In this document: positions 24,887 through 38,513 of the stretch, piece after piece | Position numbering within the stretch: position 1 is the first letter of the stretch | Layout: each line of letters begins with the position of its first letter | Assembly (NCBI GenBank): GCA_026026165.1 | Contig: JAPEUD010000009.1 | Coordinates: 186,001-250,000, forward strand | DNA from: Sarea resinae | Taxonomy: Eukaryota | Direction of reading: 5' to 3' | Length of the DNA stretch: 64,000 nucleotides | Program-made: the position numbers and the translations under genes | The notes under the pieces: model-generated | The model's input: only the letters and a program-made list of their open reading frames with translations | Told to the model about the DNA's origin: nothing | Database searches by the model: none

Positions 24887-27800
24887 TGAGCTCGAAGGGA
24901 CTGACCGAGAAAACTGACGAGACGAAGAAAATTGCATTCGTGAGCTCCGGGTACGCGCTGCTTGCGGGGAAGAAGAGTCGAGGCCTTTTCCTTTGTTTAT
25001 CATGGAAACGATTCGCGGATTTTGTGATTAGCCGCTGCCCGTCTTTTCTCCCGCCTCTCATCATGATGCAGCTTGTGCATCTTTCTTCTGCCGAGCGTAC
25101 TAGCATGGCGCAAGGACATGGGACCATTACTATCATCGTCAATCATCTACTAGCATGTACAATAGTTCATTATGAAAACTCAGCCTCTTGTCAATCAACG
25201 TCGATGATGCAATGACGGCGGTCTCGACAGCTTGGCATGGAGCAGCGGTCAGGTGTAGGTGGTGAGACCATGCATGTCACGGTGCAGGAGAGCGGAGAGG
25301 GGATCTACAAGACGAGCAGATCTCGCCATCCGAAGGACCATCGGCAGAATGAGCGAAGAAGGTCGGGGCGGAAAAATACATGGACGGATCCATGGTGGAT
25401 GCGAGGGGACGGCAGAATGTTGTTGCAGTGGATACCTACCTTAGCATGTGCTTGCCATCCAACTAGCAGACTGCTGCCGCCGTCGGTCGTCGTAGGAGGG
25501 CCCTGATGTAATGCAGATCTCGCTGGGTGCGAGGGAGCATTCCCGGAATGGTGATTGTGCCACGCGAGAGAAGAGGCCCCGTTGAGGGCGCGATCAGCAT
25601 CACCGCATGAAGGACGTGAACGATGGGCATCAACGGTCGACCCATGCCAGTGGATTGATTGATTGATTGATTAATCAATTGATTGTACTTCGTAACGCGG
25701 GTCCCTTGGAACAACGAGAACGATTCACACGGCAAGTGCTTGACTACGGCATCCGTGCCGCACCACTCGGGACGGTGGTGGATTGCATTGTCAGTTCATG
25801 TCTTCATCTAAGTTGCTTTGGTCGGGCAAAATCGTAATACGTAGCGGTCATCTCACTAATCTCTTACGAGAGCGCATGAGGCGCAAGGCAGGAACGGCGA
25901 CCGAACGGAGATTCCGCATCTACACACCAACGTTCTGGCAAGGAAATGAAGCAGATGGCTGGGTTTCACATCCCATCTCAGGGTATCTCAGGGTATCTCC
26001 AGGTTCTGAGCTGATGGCGCGGGGGATAATCTCTGGTGTCGGATCAGTCAATCAGACGGCTTACTGGAGAAGCCCACTTTTATTTTTCCTTCTTTCTTTC
26101 GTGCATACGATATAGTCATTCTAGGGTCACAGAGATGCGCGCATTGGGCTGGAGGATTGCCGATAGATTGCATTGGGAGGATATAAGTGGCCCGCGATAC
26201 CCGCAATTTCATGAGTCGCGGACAGGGGCGAGGAAGCTTGACCCACCGAAGCAACGCCGAGGCACACGCGCCGTCGTTCGGATGGACAAACTAAGTAGTG
26301 CGGGCGTGTGCGTGTGCGTGTGTGTGTGTGTGACTAACCTCGAGGTACTACACTACACTACATGCCTCACTCGAAGAACGGCGTGGCTTTTCGCTACGGA
26401 GCACCAGCGCAATCCATCGTTACCTCGATGAGGTGCCGACGGGACGCTGGAGGGAATGGGAGCTCGTGCTGGTGCTGGTGCTCGTGCTGGTGCTGGTGCA
26501 AGAAGGACTTCAGGTACCGGTACCCGCCACTCCAGGTACGGGGGATGGTCCAGTCGAGAGCAATGGGAGTAAGCAAGCAAACTGGAGGGCTGCTGAGCCG
26601 CTTGCGAGGTACTTCCGTAACAAGGTACGAACTACGAATACCGTACTTCGTACACTCGATGGGTGGAGCTATCGTCGATGGAGCAAAGTGCCGCCGCATC
26701 TCTTGTGTCTCTGGTCAGCACGAACGAGCCCCTCTGGCAGATACGGTTGGTGAGGGCGATGGTTGACTGACGGTTACGGCGCTGTACGAGAAAGCGGATC
26801 CACCCGCCCACATGCAACATGCGAAATGATGTCAAGCGGGGCCAACCGTGCGTGCCCACTGCCCGTTCGTGACCTGTACCACGAGTACTGTGTACTCCGG
26901 AGGAGGGCCTGGACTGCGCAGTAGCGAGCATTGCTTGAACCACCACGTAGGTACCTAGTACGCATGGCGAACGACCGGGCAGCCCTCGAGGGCAGAGGGC
27001 ACACAACTCGTCAGCCCTTGCGCAGGGTCTCTGCCTCGACAACCCTTGCCCTGTCGCCCCTGCCCCTGCCCTGCCTTGCCCGCCCCTCCTCTCTGGTCCC
27101 TCTGTGGTCCCTCCTGGTCCCTCCCTGGTCCCTCCCTTGGCCCCCCCTCCGCCCCTCCCACCATCCTTCCCCCCCCGGTCAAGGCGTTGCTAGTATTTCG
27201 TGCACCGTCGACAGCAAAGCGGCAAAGGGTCCTTGGAGTCCCCGCCCTGGCTCCGCGATGGACCCACATGAGATCCAGTCCCGTTGCGGGGAGAGTCTCC
27301 GCTCAATCAAACCTTGAGCGAGACCCTTTCCTCTCCTGGCCAATTGCCCGGCCAATGACGTTCGTCATGGCAGACCCAACTCCTCCGAGTCCAAGGCACT
27401 GCTCATAGTACGAGTACGCTCCCATGGATCGTGGTTGGGACGGCTGCGTACTCTGCGCGCACATGTCGTCGTACCTGCTACGACCGTTCGAGTAATGAAG
27501 TGCGCCGACTCGCGACCTTACGTATCGTGGATCCGTGGATTCATGGATTCATGGATCCTCCCCTCCGTCACCACATCGTGCACAAGGATCCGACAGGGTT
27601 CGCGCCGTCTGCGTCCGCGCAATTTGCAAATCCTTTCAGTTTCCGACCCGTTTGGCGCGGCTCCGTCGACGAAAGGTTGAACCAATGCCGGGAATGTGAT
27701 GGATTCCCCGGACGGCTGAGCAGGCCCACGATATAAGTAGACGCCAACATCCCCAGACCGGTGCTGGTTTGCTTTCCTCTCCATCCTCTTCATCCTTAGT

Positions 27801-27917
27801 ATCAATCCTATTATCCTTTGAAAGGTCCCGAGAGCAGTGACGGGAGCACTGTTGATATATCTCTTAACCTTTTCACGGCTGGACCCGCAAGACGCATAGG
27901 TCGTCTTCTTTGCCATC

Positions 27918-29697
27918 ATGCCTCCACGATTTATGGGCCTCACGGGGAGGCCGCTCAGTCTGATGGTCTCGTCGATCGCCACCATGGGCTTCTTACTGTT
28001 TGGTTACGATCGTAAGTCTATTCGCCGAATCATGATGGGAGCGTTCTGAATACTAATCCTGCTCCAGAGGGTGTGATGTCTGGTATCATCACCAACTACC
28101 ACTTCAACCAAATGTTCACTGCCACCAGAGGTGACTCGACCATGCAAGGTCTCGTCACTGCCGTTTACGAACTTGGCTGCTTCTTTGGTGCTCTTTTCAT
28201 TCTCTGGATCGGTGATCGATTCGGTCGACGAAGGTCCATCATGCTCGGTGGCTGGATTATGATCCTCGGTGTCGTTATTCAGATCAGCTCGGTCGCCGGT
28301 CACGTCCCTCTGGCGCAGTTCATGGTTGGACGAGTAAGTAGCGACAAGGAAAACCCCCATATTGCAAATCCCGCTCACAATTTACAGGTCATTACTGGTG
28401 TTGGCAATGGAATCAACACTTCAACGATCCCAACCTACCAAGCCGAATGCTCCCATACTAGCAACCGTGGTCTCCTCATCTGTATCGAAGGTGGTACGGT
28501 TGCCTTTGGCAGCTTGATCGCCTACTGGATCGACTTTGGCTCCAGCTATGGCCCAGCGGACCTGACCTGGCGTTTCCCGATCGCTTTCCAGATTGTCTTC
28601 GGCCTTGTCATTGGCATCGGCATGTACTGGATGCCTGAATCTCCCCGCTGGCTCATGAGTCGGGAACAGTACGAGTCTGCTGAGATCTCCATTGCTGCGC
28701 TCCGTGGAAAGGAAATCAACGACCACGAGACCCAGCTCCAGAAAACCGTCATTATGGACAGCATCCGCGCATCTGGATCAATCGGCCAAAAGACCCCTTA
28801 CAGCGCTCTCTTCACTGGAGGAAAGACGCAGCACTTCCGCCGCATGCTTCTGGGAGCGTCTTCGCAATTCATGCAGCAGATTGGTGGCTGCAACGCCGTC
28901 ATCTACTATTGCCCAGTCCTCTTCCAGGATTCGCTCAATCTCTCTCGTACCCTCTCCATGATCCTCGGTGGTGTTAACATGGTTGTCTACGCAATGTTTG
29001 CAACTATGTCGTGGTTTCTCATCGAAAAGGCTGGGCGTCGCAAGCTATTCATCGGGGGTACCATCGGCCAAACCCTTTCGATGGTTCTCATCTTTGCCTG
29101 TCTGAAAGCTGGTGGCAAGGGCCCCGCCAAAGGTGCAGCCGTCGGCCTTTTTACCTTCATTGCCAGCTTTGGCGCCACCTGGTTGCCGCTCCCCTGGTTG
29201 TACCCAGCTGAGATCAACCCGATCAAGACGCGCTCTCGAGCCAATGCGATCAGTACTTGCTCGAATTGGCTTTTCAACTTCCTGATCGTCATGATCACTC
29301 CCATCATGATCGACAACATCCACTGGGCGACGTACCTCGTCTTCGCCGTCATCAATGCCTGCTTCCTCCCCGTCATGTATGTTGCTCTTTCCCTCACTAT
29401 CAGATTAGGCGCTAACAAACGTTCAGCATTCTCTTCTACCCTGAGACTGCTCATCGGTCTCTCGAGGAAATCGATCTCATCTTCGCCAAGGGATACCTTG
29501 AGAATATGACCTATGTCCGGGCTTCTCACGAGTTGCCCTTCCTCACGGATGATGAGATCGAGGCCAAGGCCATCGAATACGGCTTCGACTTCGAAGACGA
29601 CGACTTCCATGCCGACGAGAAGATCGGCCACCCAAGACGGAAGACCAGCTCCGAGGCTATGGCGCAGAACGTCGAGAACGCTCCGCCGCCGGTTTAG
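27918..29697 (+). CDS. STL1: MFS sugar-porter family transporter, STL1-like (probable glycerol/H+ symporter)
   Basis: Exons 27918-28011, 28068-28333, 28387/8-29376, 29427-29697; LFGYDQGVMSG, GDRFGRR, PESPRWL, QQIGGCNAVIYY, WLYPAEI, YPETAHRSLEEID. Confidence 0.88.
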
Positions 29698-30132
29698 GTG
29701 TTATCTATCAAGGGTGGGACCGATTCTTGTTCGAGATTGCATGGTTAAGGGAGGTTCAAGGTGTTTTCTTTTTCATGTCTGTTTGATTTTGACGATATAT
29801 GTTTGCATCGCGACGTGCTATATACCACAACTGTGAAATAGATTCATAGAAAAACGCCTGAAATGATAGAATTGTTCAAGAACGTATTCCATTTTTTAAT
29901 GGGGGTTAATGACCTTCATGTCGCTTTGCATGCCGAATGTGTTTGGCTGAACTGAATCTGATGAGGGTCGAGGGTTGTTGAGATATAAATGCGGTGGATA
30001 TGAAGGAAGGTACTGCAGGGGGCGAAAGGAGCCTATACCGAGACTGCGTTGGGTAAAGGCAGGACAAGCTCTCAATTTCCCAGTCACGGTGAATATTGAA
30101 GAGGGGAGAAGTACAGGAGGAAGGAAGCAATC

Positions 30133-30850
30133 TCATCCGTATTCGGTGCCTCCCTCTTCTTCCTCGTCTTCTTCATCATCTTCAATCATGACCACATCCT
30201 GATTCCCGCCTGACCCTTTCCTATCCTGATTACCGTCGCCTAGTATCTGCCCCAACGTCCCCTCGCTATCCCTTCCCTCCCTCCTAGCCCTGAGAACCTC
30301 GAGCCTAGCCAACCGTACAACCTCCTCTTCTGCCTTCCTCACTGTCCCTGAGACTCGTACAACACGAAACACGCACTTTTCCCCTCCTGCAGCTGCAGGC
30401 AGAGACGTTAGAAACGAGAGCGCGACCCAGACGAGTCGGTAATGCGCTCTTGGGCAGCGGATTATGGCTGTGCTAGTAGCCGGGGAGAGATATTTGACTG
30501 TTTCATTATTCTGCATTAGCGGTGATGCTTATGGGTGGTATAAACGGCGACAAGAAAAGAAAGCCAAGGAACGATTTACCAGCTAGGCCTCCAGCCCCCA
30601 AAGCACCCACGCCGTAATCTCCGAACAACACTCCGACCTCGTTTCTGATCATACGAATCAACAATTGTTGCGTGAGGGCGTCCGGGGTGGGATGGTGGGA
30701 TTGTAGGAGAGGGGGAAGATTCCGAGCAGCAGCTGGTTTGGACTTGACATTTGTGCTCGAGTTGGCGGCTGTATTGGTGTTCGCGTTGGCGCTGGAGGAA
30801 GATGGGTAGAGGATGCGCACCAGCAAATAGCGATTCTTGAGCCGGACCAT
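30133..30850 (-). CDS. POP5: RNase P/MRP subunit Pop5 (Rpp14/Pop5 family)
   Basis: MVRLKNRYLL, LFGDYG; intron 30579-30498 joins to VKYLSPATSTAIIRCPR, then VSGTVRKAEE. Confidence 0.92.
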
Positions 30851-31056
30851 CCTCGCGTCACATTGTGATGTGTTGATTATCCGCGAGCTGGAGCCTCAGT
30901 TGGTTGAAGGAATCAAAGAAAAGACGGAGGTTCGCGTGTCTTCCAATTGTAGCAAATACGTAATGCGCCCAACTCACCAAATGCTACACTGCGAGCGAGC
31001 GACTTCATGATTGCCCCACCATACTTTGTACTCCATACAACACCAAGACCCCAAAG

Positions 31057-32824
31057 ATGGAGTATGATACCCAGACCCGTAAGCACATATCTCTTGATCC
31101 TCGTGATATGGACCTCAAAGCTAATCGCCGTCTCAGCGCCCTACAAGACTTCGGATCAGACTTCGTTCGCCTACGTGTCTGCCCGCGATCGTTGGCCGGT
31201 GATCATCGTAAGTGTCGACTACGAAGAGCATCAGTTACAAATCTATAACCAGCTAATATTCAAAGACTGGGGCTATTGATGATGTCCACCGTGCTACAGC
31301 TATCGAGGGCAAGGAAGACCGCCGAGAGGAGGGGAAGCGTATTGTCGAGAAGTTGGCAAAGCTGAAATACGAACTGCAACATGACCGACAGCTGACGTGA
31401 GGCAATCGCAAGAATTGGTATAGTCGCTGGCTAATCGAATTCCTCTCCAGACCCATCGAAGACGACGGGCAACCAGATGTTGCAGGCTACAACCATGAGT
31501 TGGAGCAACTGGGACAGGTGACTTGGTTCAATGTCCCCTGGCTCTACGCAGAATGCTACCTCTACCGGTAATTGCAACCTTCGATGCCCCTTATCTCCAG
31601 GACCCTGATACATCCAAGCTAGACGAATGAGCACCTTCTTCAGTCTCTCGCAATACTGGAAGTCATATGACGTCTTCTCCAAGCAGAAAATATCTACCTT
31701 TAAATCCTCACGACCGGCGGTTCTCGAGCTCGCCGCCCGCTACCGGGAGCTTTCGCTTCAAGTCGAGCAAGGCAATGCCGCCTCAGCGTCTCAAACGCCG
31801 GAAGAGCTCGAGCAGGCCGAGCGTGTTCTGTTCACCGAGATGTGCGAGATCTGTCTCTGGGGAAATGCCACCGATCTGTCTCTCCTCACCTCCTTGACTT
31901 ATGAAGACATCCAGAAACTCCAGGGGTCTCAGGCGCGCAAGGATTCGGAGAAGAACATCCTCGTCAATGATTTGCCCGCCGCATACACAGTCCTAAAAGC
32001 CGCGCAGAGAGCGTCTCCGAACAAAGAGCGCAGAGTTGATATCGTGCTTGACAATGCCGGATTCGAGCTCTTCGTCGATCTGATCCTCGCAGGCTATCTG
32101 CTTTCATCCAATCTCGCCACAGCAGTGGTGCTTCATCCGAAATCAGTCCCCTGGTTCGTGTCGGACGTGCTACCCGCCGACTTTGCCGAACTACTCAATG
32201 CTCTTGCCGATCCGCAAGCTTTCTACACTACGCCATCCGCCGACGAGCAGCACGCGGGTAAAAAGCTGGAGCCGCTGTCTGCCACCGAGGCCGATAATCT
32301 ATCGTTCTTGTTCCAGCGCTGGTCCCAGTTCCACCGCGAGGGCCAGCTCATCATCCGACCGCACCGATTCTGGACCGAGGCAGGTAGCTATTGGCGTTTG
32401 CCTAAGACGGCGCCGCGGTTGTATGAAGAGCTCAAGGAAAGCGAACTCGTTATCTTCAAGGGCGATTTGAATTATCGAAAGTTGACCGGCGATGTAAGTC
32501 TTTTCAATGTTTCCCCTCGGGCTCGTTTCTCCAAACTCGGCATCCAAAACCAATATCAAAAGCCTATGGATTTTGCTAACATAATCGCAGGCCGAATGGG
32601 ACCCTACCACCCCCTTCACTACCGCCATCGGTCCCCTAGGTCCTGGCTCCGGCATCCGCACCCTGGCACTCCGCACCTGCAAAGCCGACACCGTGGTCGG
32701 GCTCCGCGAAGGCGAGGATGAGCGTCTCAGACGCGAGGAGGGTGGCGGCGGGGATTCTAGGGCAAGAAAGTGGGCGTGGAGTGGGAAGTGGGCCGTGGTA
32801 TCGTTTTGCGATGGGAAGGCTTGA
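31057..32824 (+). CDS. DUF89/ARMT1-like damage-control sugar-phosphate phosphatase
   Basis: Six exons; SFAYVSARDRWPVII, PWLYAECYLYR, LWGNATDLSLL, VLDNAGFELFVD, PWFVSDV, FKGDLNYRKL, LRTCKAD. Confidence 0.92.
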
Positions 32825-33319
32825 GCAGCGGAGTGGGTGGATTTAGATCAGGGGGACGAGAATAGAGGAATTTTATAGACATACAAGATAAGACGAATAG
32901 AGGAGATGTCTTCGTGGTATTCTTATACAGAAATGAGATTGTGGTTATGGTATAGAGGGATCCAGCCAGCCAGAACAGACTTTCTTCTAATTTTTGAGGG
33001 GATTGTATTGATTCGTACATATATTATATATTTCAACGGACGAAATAAAGCGACAGCAACCAGATAAATTACATAGACATGTTAGGTTCTACGCATATAC
33101 GCTTAAAACGTACGAATTGAATACATACTCAAGAATCCCTTTGACATATAAGCTAGAGGTTATTTGTCATCTGCAAGTAACCTACATCCCATCCATCCAT
33201 CCCTTCATTCATCTGTTGGCCACACCACCTCAACCAGCAGACCGGTTCGCACCACCACCAGCATTTCTTCGAAGCCGTATATAATATCAATTAAGCATCA
33301 ACCTTCCATCAATCAGCAC

Positions 33320-33401
33320 GGGCATGTGGTTTAGTGGTATAATTCCTCTTTAGCAACTACTGGTTTAGAGGCGGTCCTGAGTTCGATTCTCAGCTTGTCC
33401 A
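33320..33401 (+). tRNA. tRNA-Ala(AGC) with 10-nt intron
   Basis: Acceptor GGGCATG/CTTGTCC with the G3:U70 Ala identity pair; A box TGGTTTAGTGG; anticodon stem CCTCT/AGAGG; AGC at 33352-33354; intron 33356-33365; T arm CTGAG-TTCGATT-CTCAG; oligo-T terminator at 33407-33411. Confidence 0.95.
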
Positions 33402-33878
33402 TCATCTTTTTGGGGATTTCTTTCCTTTTTCATTTTTTCTTTTTTCTTTTTCTTTCCCGCTTGGTCTGGGTCGACCTTACCTGGCTAGAAGTGTCCGAGA
33501 TGCGCTTTTTACATGAAGGCTTGGTAGTCTATGCTCGCTTGATTTTTGCCAATCGCTTTACACCTCTGTGTCTTCTTCAATTGACGATTCCGGGATCAGC
33601 ATTGTACTCGTATCTTTTTCTCGTTGTCGGTTGGCTGTCACGCACGCTACAGAACCCATTAAATTCGCTCCTGATGAGCATACTACTCTCTCTCAATCAA
33701 CAATTGATTCATGAGGGCGTAGGGCGCGCGCATCAATGTACATATGATGTTCTCCTACATAGCACTAAGAGACAGGCAGCATCAAAAGGAGTAGAGAGAG
33801 AGAGAGACCCTTCATGGCGCCCGTTTTCCAGCACCAAGATCCGAGTACTCGATCGCTACCTACAGATGACCTAATCCA

Positions 33879-34426
33879 TGACTCACTCCGCACACCTTTT
33901 TCTTCACCGCCCGGCCGATTGCGGATGCGTGATTCGTCCCGATCGATCGAAGCAACCGACGTCTTTCACAGATGCGATGGATCTGTCTTTCGACTTGCAT
34001 TGATAGGGCGTGTGTGTGCGTGCATGCGTGCCGATTCTAGTAGATGATAATAGACAGTAATAGACCATTATAATAGCACATGGATAGGGAGTCAGTCAGT
34101 CTATTAAAGAGAGAGAGGATGTAGATTCGATTGATAGAATAAGGATCTAGTATTTCAATTCAATTCAATGCAATTCGATTCCTTCTGCCGACACCAGCCG
34201 CAGCCGCCACCGCCCCCCCCGCCCGCAAATCTCGTGTGCGTGCCGTGGCAGAAAAAATGTATATCAGATCCCGGACATCGATCGATTCCCCCCTTCCACT
34301 GCCCCGCCACCCCACCTCTACCTCTACCACCGCCAACACCGCGCGACCGATTTCCACCCCCAATTCATCCCATTCAGTCATTCAAGCACATACATCACCG
34401 CCGCCGTGTCGTCTTCCATTGACTCA
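33879..34426. promoter_or_regulatory. Two Gcn4/CpcA sites upstream of PDX1
   Basis: Exact TGACTCA at 33879-33885 and 34420-34426. Confidence 0.6.
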
Positions 34427-34550
34427 CTCACTCGCTCACTCACTCGCTCGCCCGCTCTAAATAACACCCACCCACGCCACCCTTCACGTCTCCCAGAAGG
34501 CGCACCGCACCATACCGCACCGCATCACTCCGTAACCCATCACGACAACA

Positions 34551-35787
34551 ATGGCCACCGAACTCCCCGTCAGCGCCATCAACGGCCACGGCCCGGCCGC
34601 CAATGGCAAATCCACCAGCTTCACCGTCAAGGCCGGCCTAGCCTCCATGCTCAAGGGGGGCGTGATCATGGACGTCATCAACGCCGAGCAGGTAAGTCAC
34701 GCACGCCCCACGCACGCACGCGCGCCCCCCCAAAGCCCCCGTGTTGCGATCAGAGATTAGAGATTAGAGACCAGAACGCTCATGTTCCGCTGTTTTTTTT
34801 TTTGGGCAGGCTCGCATAGCAGAGGAGGCTGGCGCCGCGGCTGTCATGGCCCTGGAGCGAGTGCCCGCGGACATCCGAGCCGAAGGCGGCGTCTCGCGCA
34901 TGTCGGACCCGAAGATGATCAAGGTACGTCTTGGAGGTGTTACCTATAGGAGGCCAGCCAAACGGGCTGCGAGGAGCGGAGAGCGGAGAGGCTGATGGAA
35001 AGTAACCTGCTAGGAAATCATGGAGGCCGTCACCATACCCGTCATGGCCAAGGCGCGGATAGGTCATTTTGTTGAATGCCAGGTACGTACGACTGCCTGC
35101 TTTGAAGAAGAAAGCAATCATGCTTCCGCCCGTCTCTTTCGTCAGCCCCCGCAATGCTAAAACCTTCAATGCCAGATCCTCGAAGCCCTAGGTGTCGACT
35201 ATATCGACGAGTCCGAAGTCCTGACCCCGGCAGACAACACGCACCACGTGGAAAAGCACCCTTACACGGTTCCCTTCGTCTGCGGGTGCCGGAACCTCGG
35301 CGAAGCGCTGCGCCGCATCTCCGAAGGCGCGGCCATGATCCGCACCAAGGGTGAGGCCGGCACGGGCGATGTCGTCGAGGCCGTCAAGCACATGCGCACG
35401 GTGACGGCGGAGATCCTGCGAGCCTCGAGCATGACCGACCCGGAACTGCGCGTCATGGCCAAGGAGATTGGCGCGCCCTTTGAGCTGCTGAAAGAGACGG
35501 CGCAGCTGAAGAGACTGCCGGTGGTCAATTTCGCGGCGGGCGGCGTGGCCACTCCGGCCGACGCCGCGCTGATGATGCAGTTGGGCTGCGATGGCGTCTT
35601 TGTCGGCTCGGGCATCTTCAAGAGCGGCAACGCCAAGAAGAGAGCGACGGCCATCGTGCAGGCCGTCACGCATTACAAGGATGCGCACAAGTTGGCCGAG
35701 GTGAGCACGGATCTGGGCGAAGCCATGGTGGGGCTGAACGTTGGCAAGATGGGTGAGAGCGAGAAGATGGCCAAGAGGGGCTGGTAG
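34551..35787 (+). CDS. PDX1: Pyridoxal 5'-phosphate synthase subunit (SNZ1/PDX1/PyroA)
   Basis: Four exons; [76 protein letters not shown]. Confidence 0.97.
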
Positions 35788-36232
35788 TCTTCTTGTTGTC
35801 CCCCTTTCCCAGTTCCTTTGTTTTGACTTTGTTGCGGATGCATTCACGAACATAAAAAGCACACGTTGAATGACTGCATGCATGCATGGGACAGGAGTGT
35901 CATTGCTTGCTTGCTGGCTGATTTGCTTGATTGGTCTGCTTTTGCCGTCAATAGTCCAGGGGTATATATTTGAAGAAGAAGATGCAAGGTCCAAAAGCAA
36001 GACGAGCCACCCATAGAAATGAAATTACTACTCATCTCCGATGCTCGATCCCCTGTCACCCTTCTCCCCTCGTCCTGCAACCAAAGCGATCCGTAATCCC
36101 TTGCTATCTTTCTTCCTTTCGCACCATCTGCCCCTTCGCTCATTCCATTCTGTCTATGGACATGGCCGTCTCTCCTCTCTCACATATATATTGGACGAGA
36201 CAGAACCCCCCCCTTTCTCGAACGGCAAGAGA

Positions 36233-36469
36233 TCACACCAACTCCTCAATCAACAAGGCCTCGAGCTCCTCCCGCTCGAACGGCACGCTCAGGATCTCGC
36301 TGCCGAGCCCGTCGCGGCGGGATGTGATGATCTGGTGGTCGTGGAACCTGGAGCGGTGGGTAAACGTCAGCTCTGAGGTAATAGAAGGAGGGGGGAACGA
36401 GGAAGGAAACGCAGGGAAGGACGGATTGTGGGAGAGGTACGAAAGAGACGAGATGAGACATGGGGGAAA

Positions 36470-36502
<33 letters not shown>

Positions 36503-38134
36503 GGACTCTTTCAGCAAAGTACGGAAGGCGACCTCATTACTGCAGATGAATTCCTCGAGGGCTTTGTTGTAGAGCGTGCGGTACTCCACCCCCGCCGCCC
36601 CGCCTTCTGCTTCAGCGCCTGTGCTCGCACCCGCCTGCCCGCCGAGCTCACCCATCCCAGCACCACCGTCAGAATCCATGCCCGCCAGCTGCTCGGCCAC
36701 GAGACATCTGAACAGGCTCCTTGCGTTCTCGGGAAGGGAGCGCAGTACGAAGATGACGCCGTCTCGTCCGTTGACGCGTCGGGCTGCCCGGCCGAGGAGT
36801 TCGTGGATCGTGTCCACTGGATTGAGCTCGTGGCTGCTGGGCGCGAAGGTCGTGGTGTCGTGGTAGAGGAAGGGTTTGGCGGTGCCAGCGGATGAGGACA
36901 GGGAGGGGAGGAGAGGGGCGAGGGGATGGGTGGTTGTGACCAAGGTTTTGATGGAGGGGTGGGCGAGAAGGGCGGGGAGGACAGTGTGGAGGGGATGGGT
37001 GGGCCGGCGGAGCGGGGGAAAGTCGAGGGAGTGGATGAGCAGGTAGGTTGGATTGATGACAGGCAGGATGGAAGAGAGGGAGGGGGCTGTGCCTGTTGTT
37101 GGGGTCTGAGAAGGGGAGAGTGTTGAGGCAAGAGTGGAGAGAAGGACCTTGGGAGTGAGGGTGGGGCTGGAACCGTTGATGATAATTATGCTTGGGCTTT
37201 TGGTCCCGTCCTCCGAGGAATGCGCATCGTGTAGATGCTGAGCGAATTTCGTGACTACCGTTCTCTTGTCCCCATACCCGTATAGGCAGACATTGAACCC
37301 CTCACTCATCTCGAACCGCCACTGCTCGAACATGCCGACGTGCAATTCTTCGAGAAATTGCCGTTCTTCGGCATGTGGTTCCTTGTAGGCCCGCATGAGA
37401 GAGAAGTATTCGTCGTGTGTGAGGAGGGAGAGTGAAGAGAGCGTGTTGTTTGAGGTTCTGATACCCCCAGGGCGGGTTTGGAAGAAGTATGTTTCGTGAG
37501 GTGGGAGGTCTGCAAGTGGGGGCGTGGGAGTGCGTTTGTTGCGGGAACCTTTGGGGCGACCTCGGCCACGTTTGACTGGCGTGGCGGCGGTAGCTTTCGA
37601 CTGATCACCGAGTGTGTCGGGGCCTGCGGGAAGGAGTTCAACATTGTTGTCGACGGCGCCATCAAGCTCATCTCCTTCGTCGCCCTCGTCCTCCTCGTCC
37701 CAAATCCGTCGCGCGAGAAGGTCTTCCTGCCCCAAGTCGTCATCCTCATCACTCAAATTCCCAATGATCGTCCGTTCGATGAGCGATCGAGCACTCTTGC
37801 GCCGTGCTGAACGATCTGCATTGCGGATTATGGACGGAGGAGAGCCGGCCAAGCTTGCGTTCTCTTGTGGCTTTAGCTTCGTCGGAGTTGAGAAGAGCTT
37901 CCTTCCTTTCAAAGGCGTAGGCGTCTTGCCGTTGGTGGAGTCATTCAGTAGAGGTTTGATCTTGTTCTTGCTTCCAGGTGGTCTCCCTCTTCCGCGCTTG
38001 GTGGGCGTTCCCGATTCAGCGATGGGAGTTGCGAGAGCGGCGTCATTGAAGCGGACTTTTGAGGGCGTCGCATTGAGAGATAAATTCTCTTGGTCATCCT
38101 GCACGTCAGAGTCTCTTTTGCGTTTGGGTGGCAT
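36233..38134 (-). CDS. ORC2: Origin recognition complex subunit 2
   Basis: QWRFEMSEGFNVCLYGYGDKR, HDTTTF, VLRSLPENAR, EEFICSNEVAFRTLLKE|FHDHQII with intron 36506-36348; likely start MPPKRKR at 38134. Confidence 0.92.
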
Positions 38135-38223
38135 TGTGGTGTCGTTGGGTGGATTGATGTTGTTTGACGGCGCACAACGATAGCTGCAGGCATCGACCAT
38201 CGAAAATTAGCGCCGCCTGAGAT

Positions 38224-38282
38224 ACGCGACGGGTGACGCGCCAGTTATATTAGGCTTACTTGACGCGGCACTCGCGTCGCGT
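38224..38282. promoter_or_regulatory. MCB-like (ACGCG) cluster upstream of ORC2
   Basis: Five ACGCG/CGCGT cores at 38224, 38236, 38263, 38273 and 38278. Confidence 0.65.
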
Positions 38283-38513
38283 TTATCATACCTCAAGGGG
38301 AAATTACTAAACTACCGGCCCAAAACCCTCGAGTCAATAGATGCAGCCAGTGTCCTTATCTTTAGCATACAGCTGGGACGTCTCGGTGACTGTAATGTAA
38401 CAAGTGATGCTATCTTGAGCCCGAAGAATGCCATGCTATGTCAATGATATTTCGTCCACACCAGCGCCGGGCAAGCCCCTCCAATCCATATGATATTGTC
38501 TAGGTGCAAGTCC

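Noticed and set aside
33474..33610. U1 snRNA-like CTTACCTGG with a later CATTGTACT
   Set aside because: There is no GATCA(C/A)GAA loop I, the spacing is wrong, and the Sm-like site precedes the loop II-like motif. It is more likely the reverse complement of a splice-donor-like sequence.
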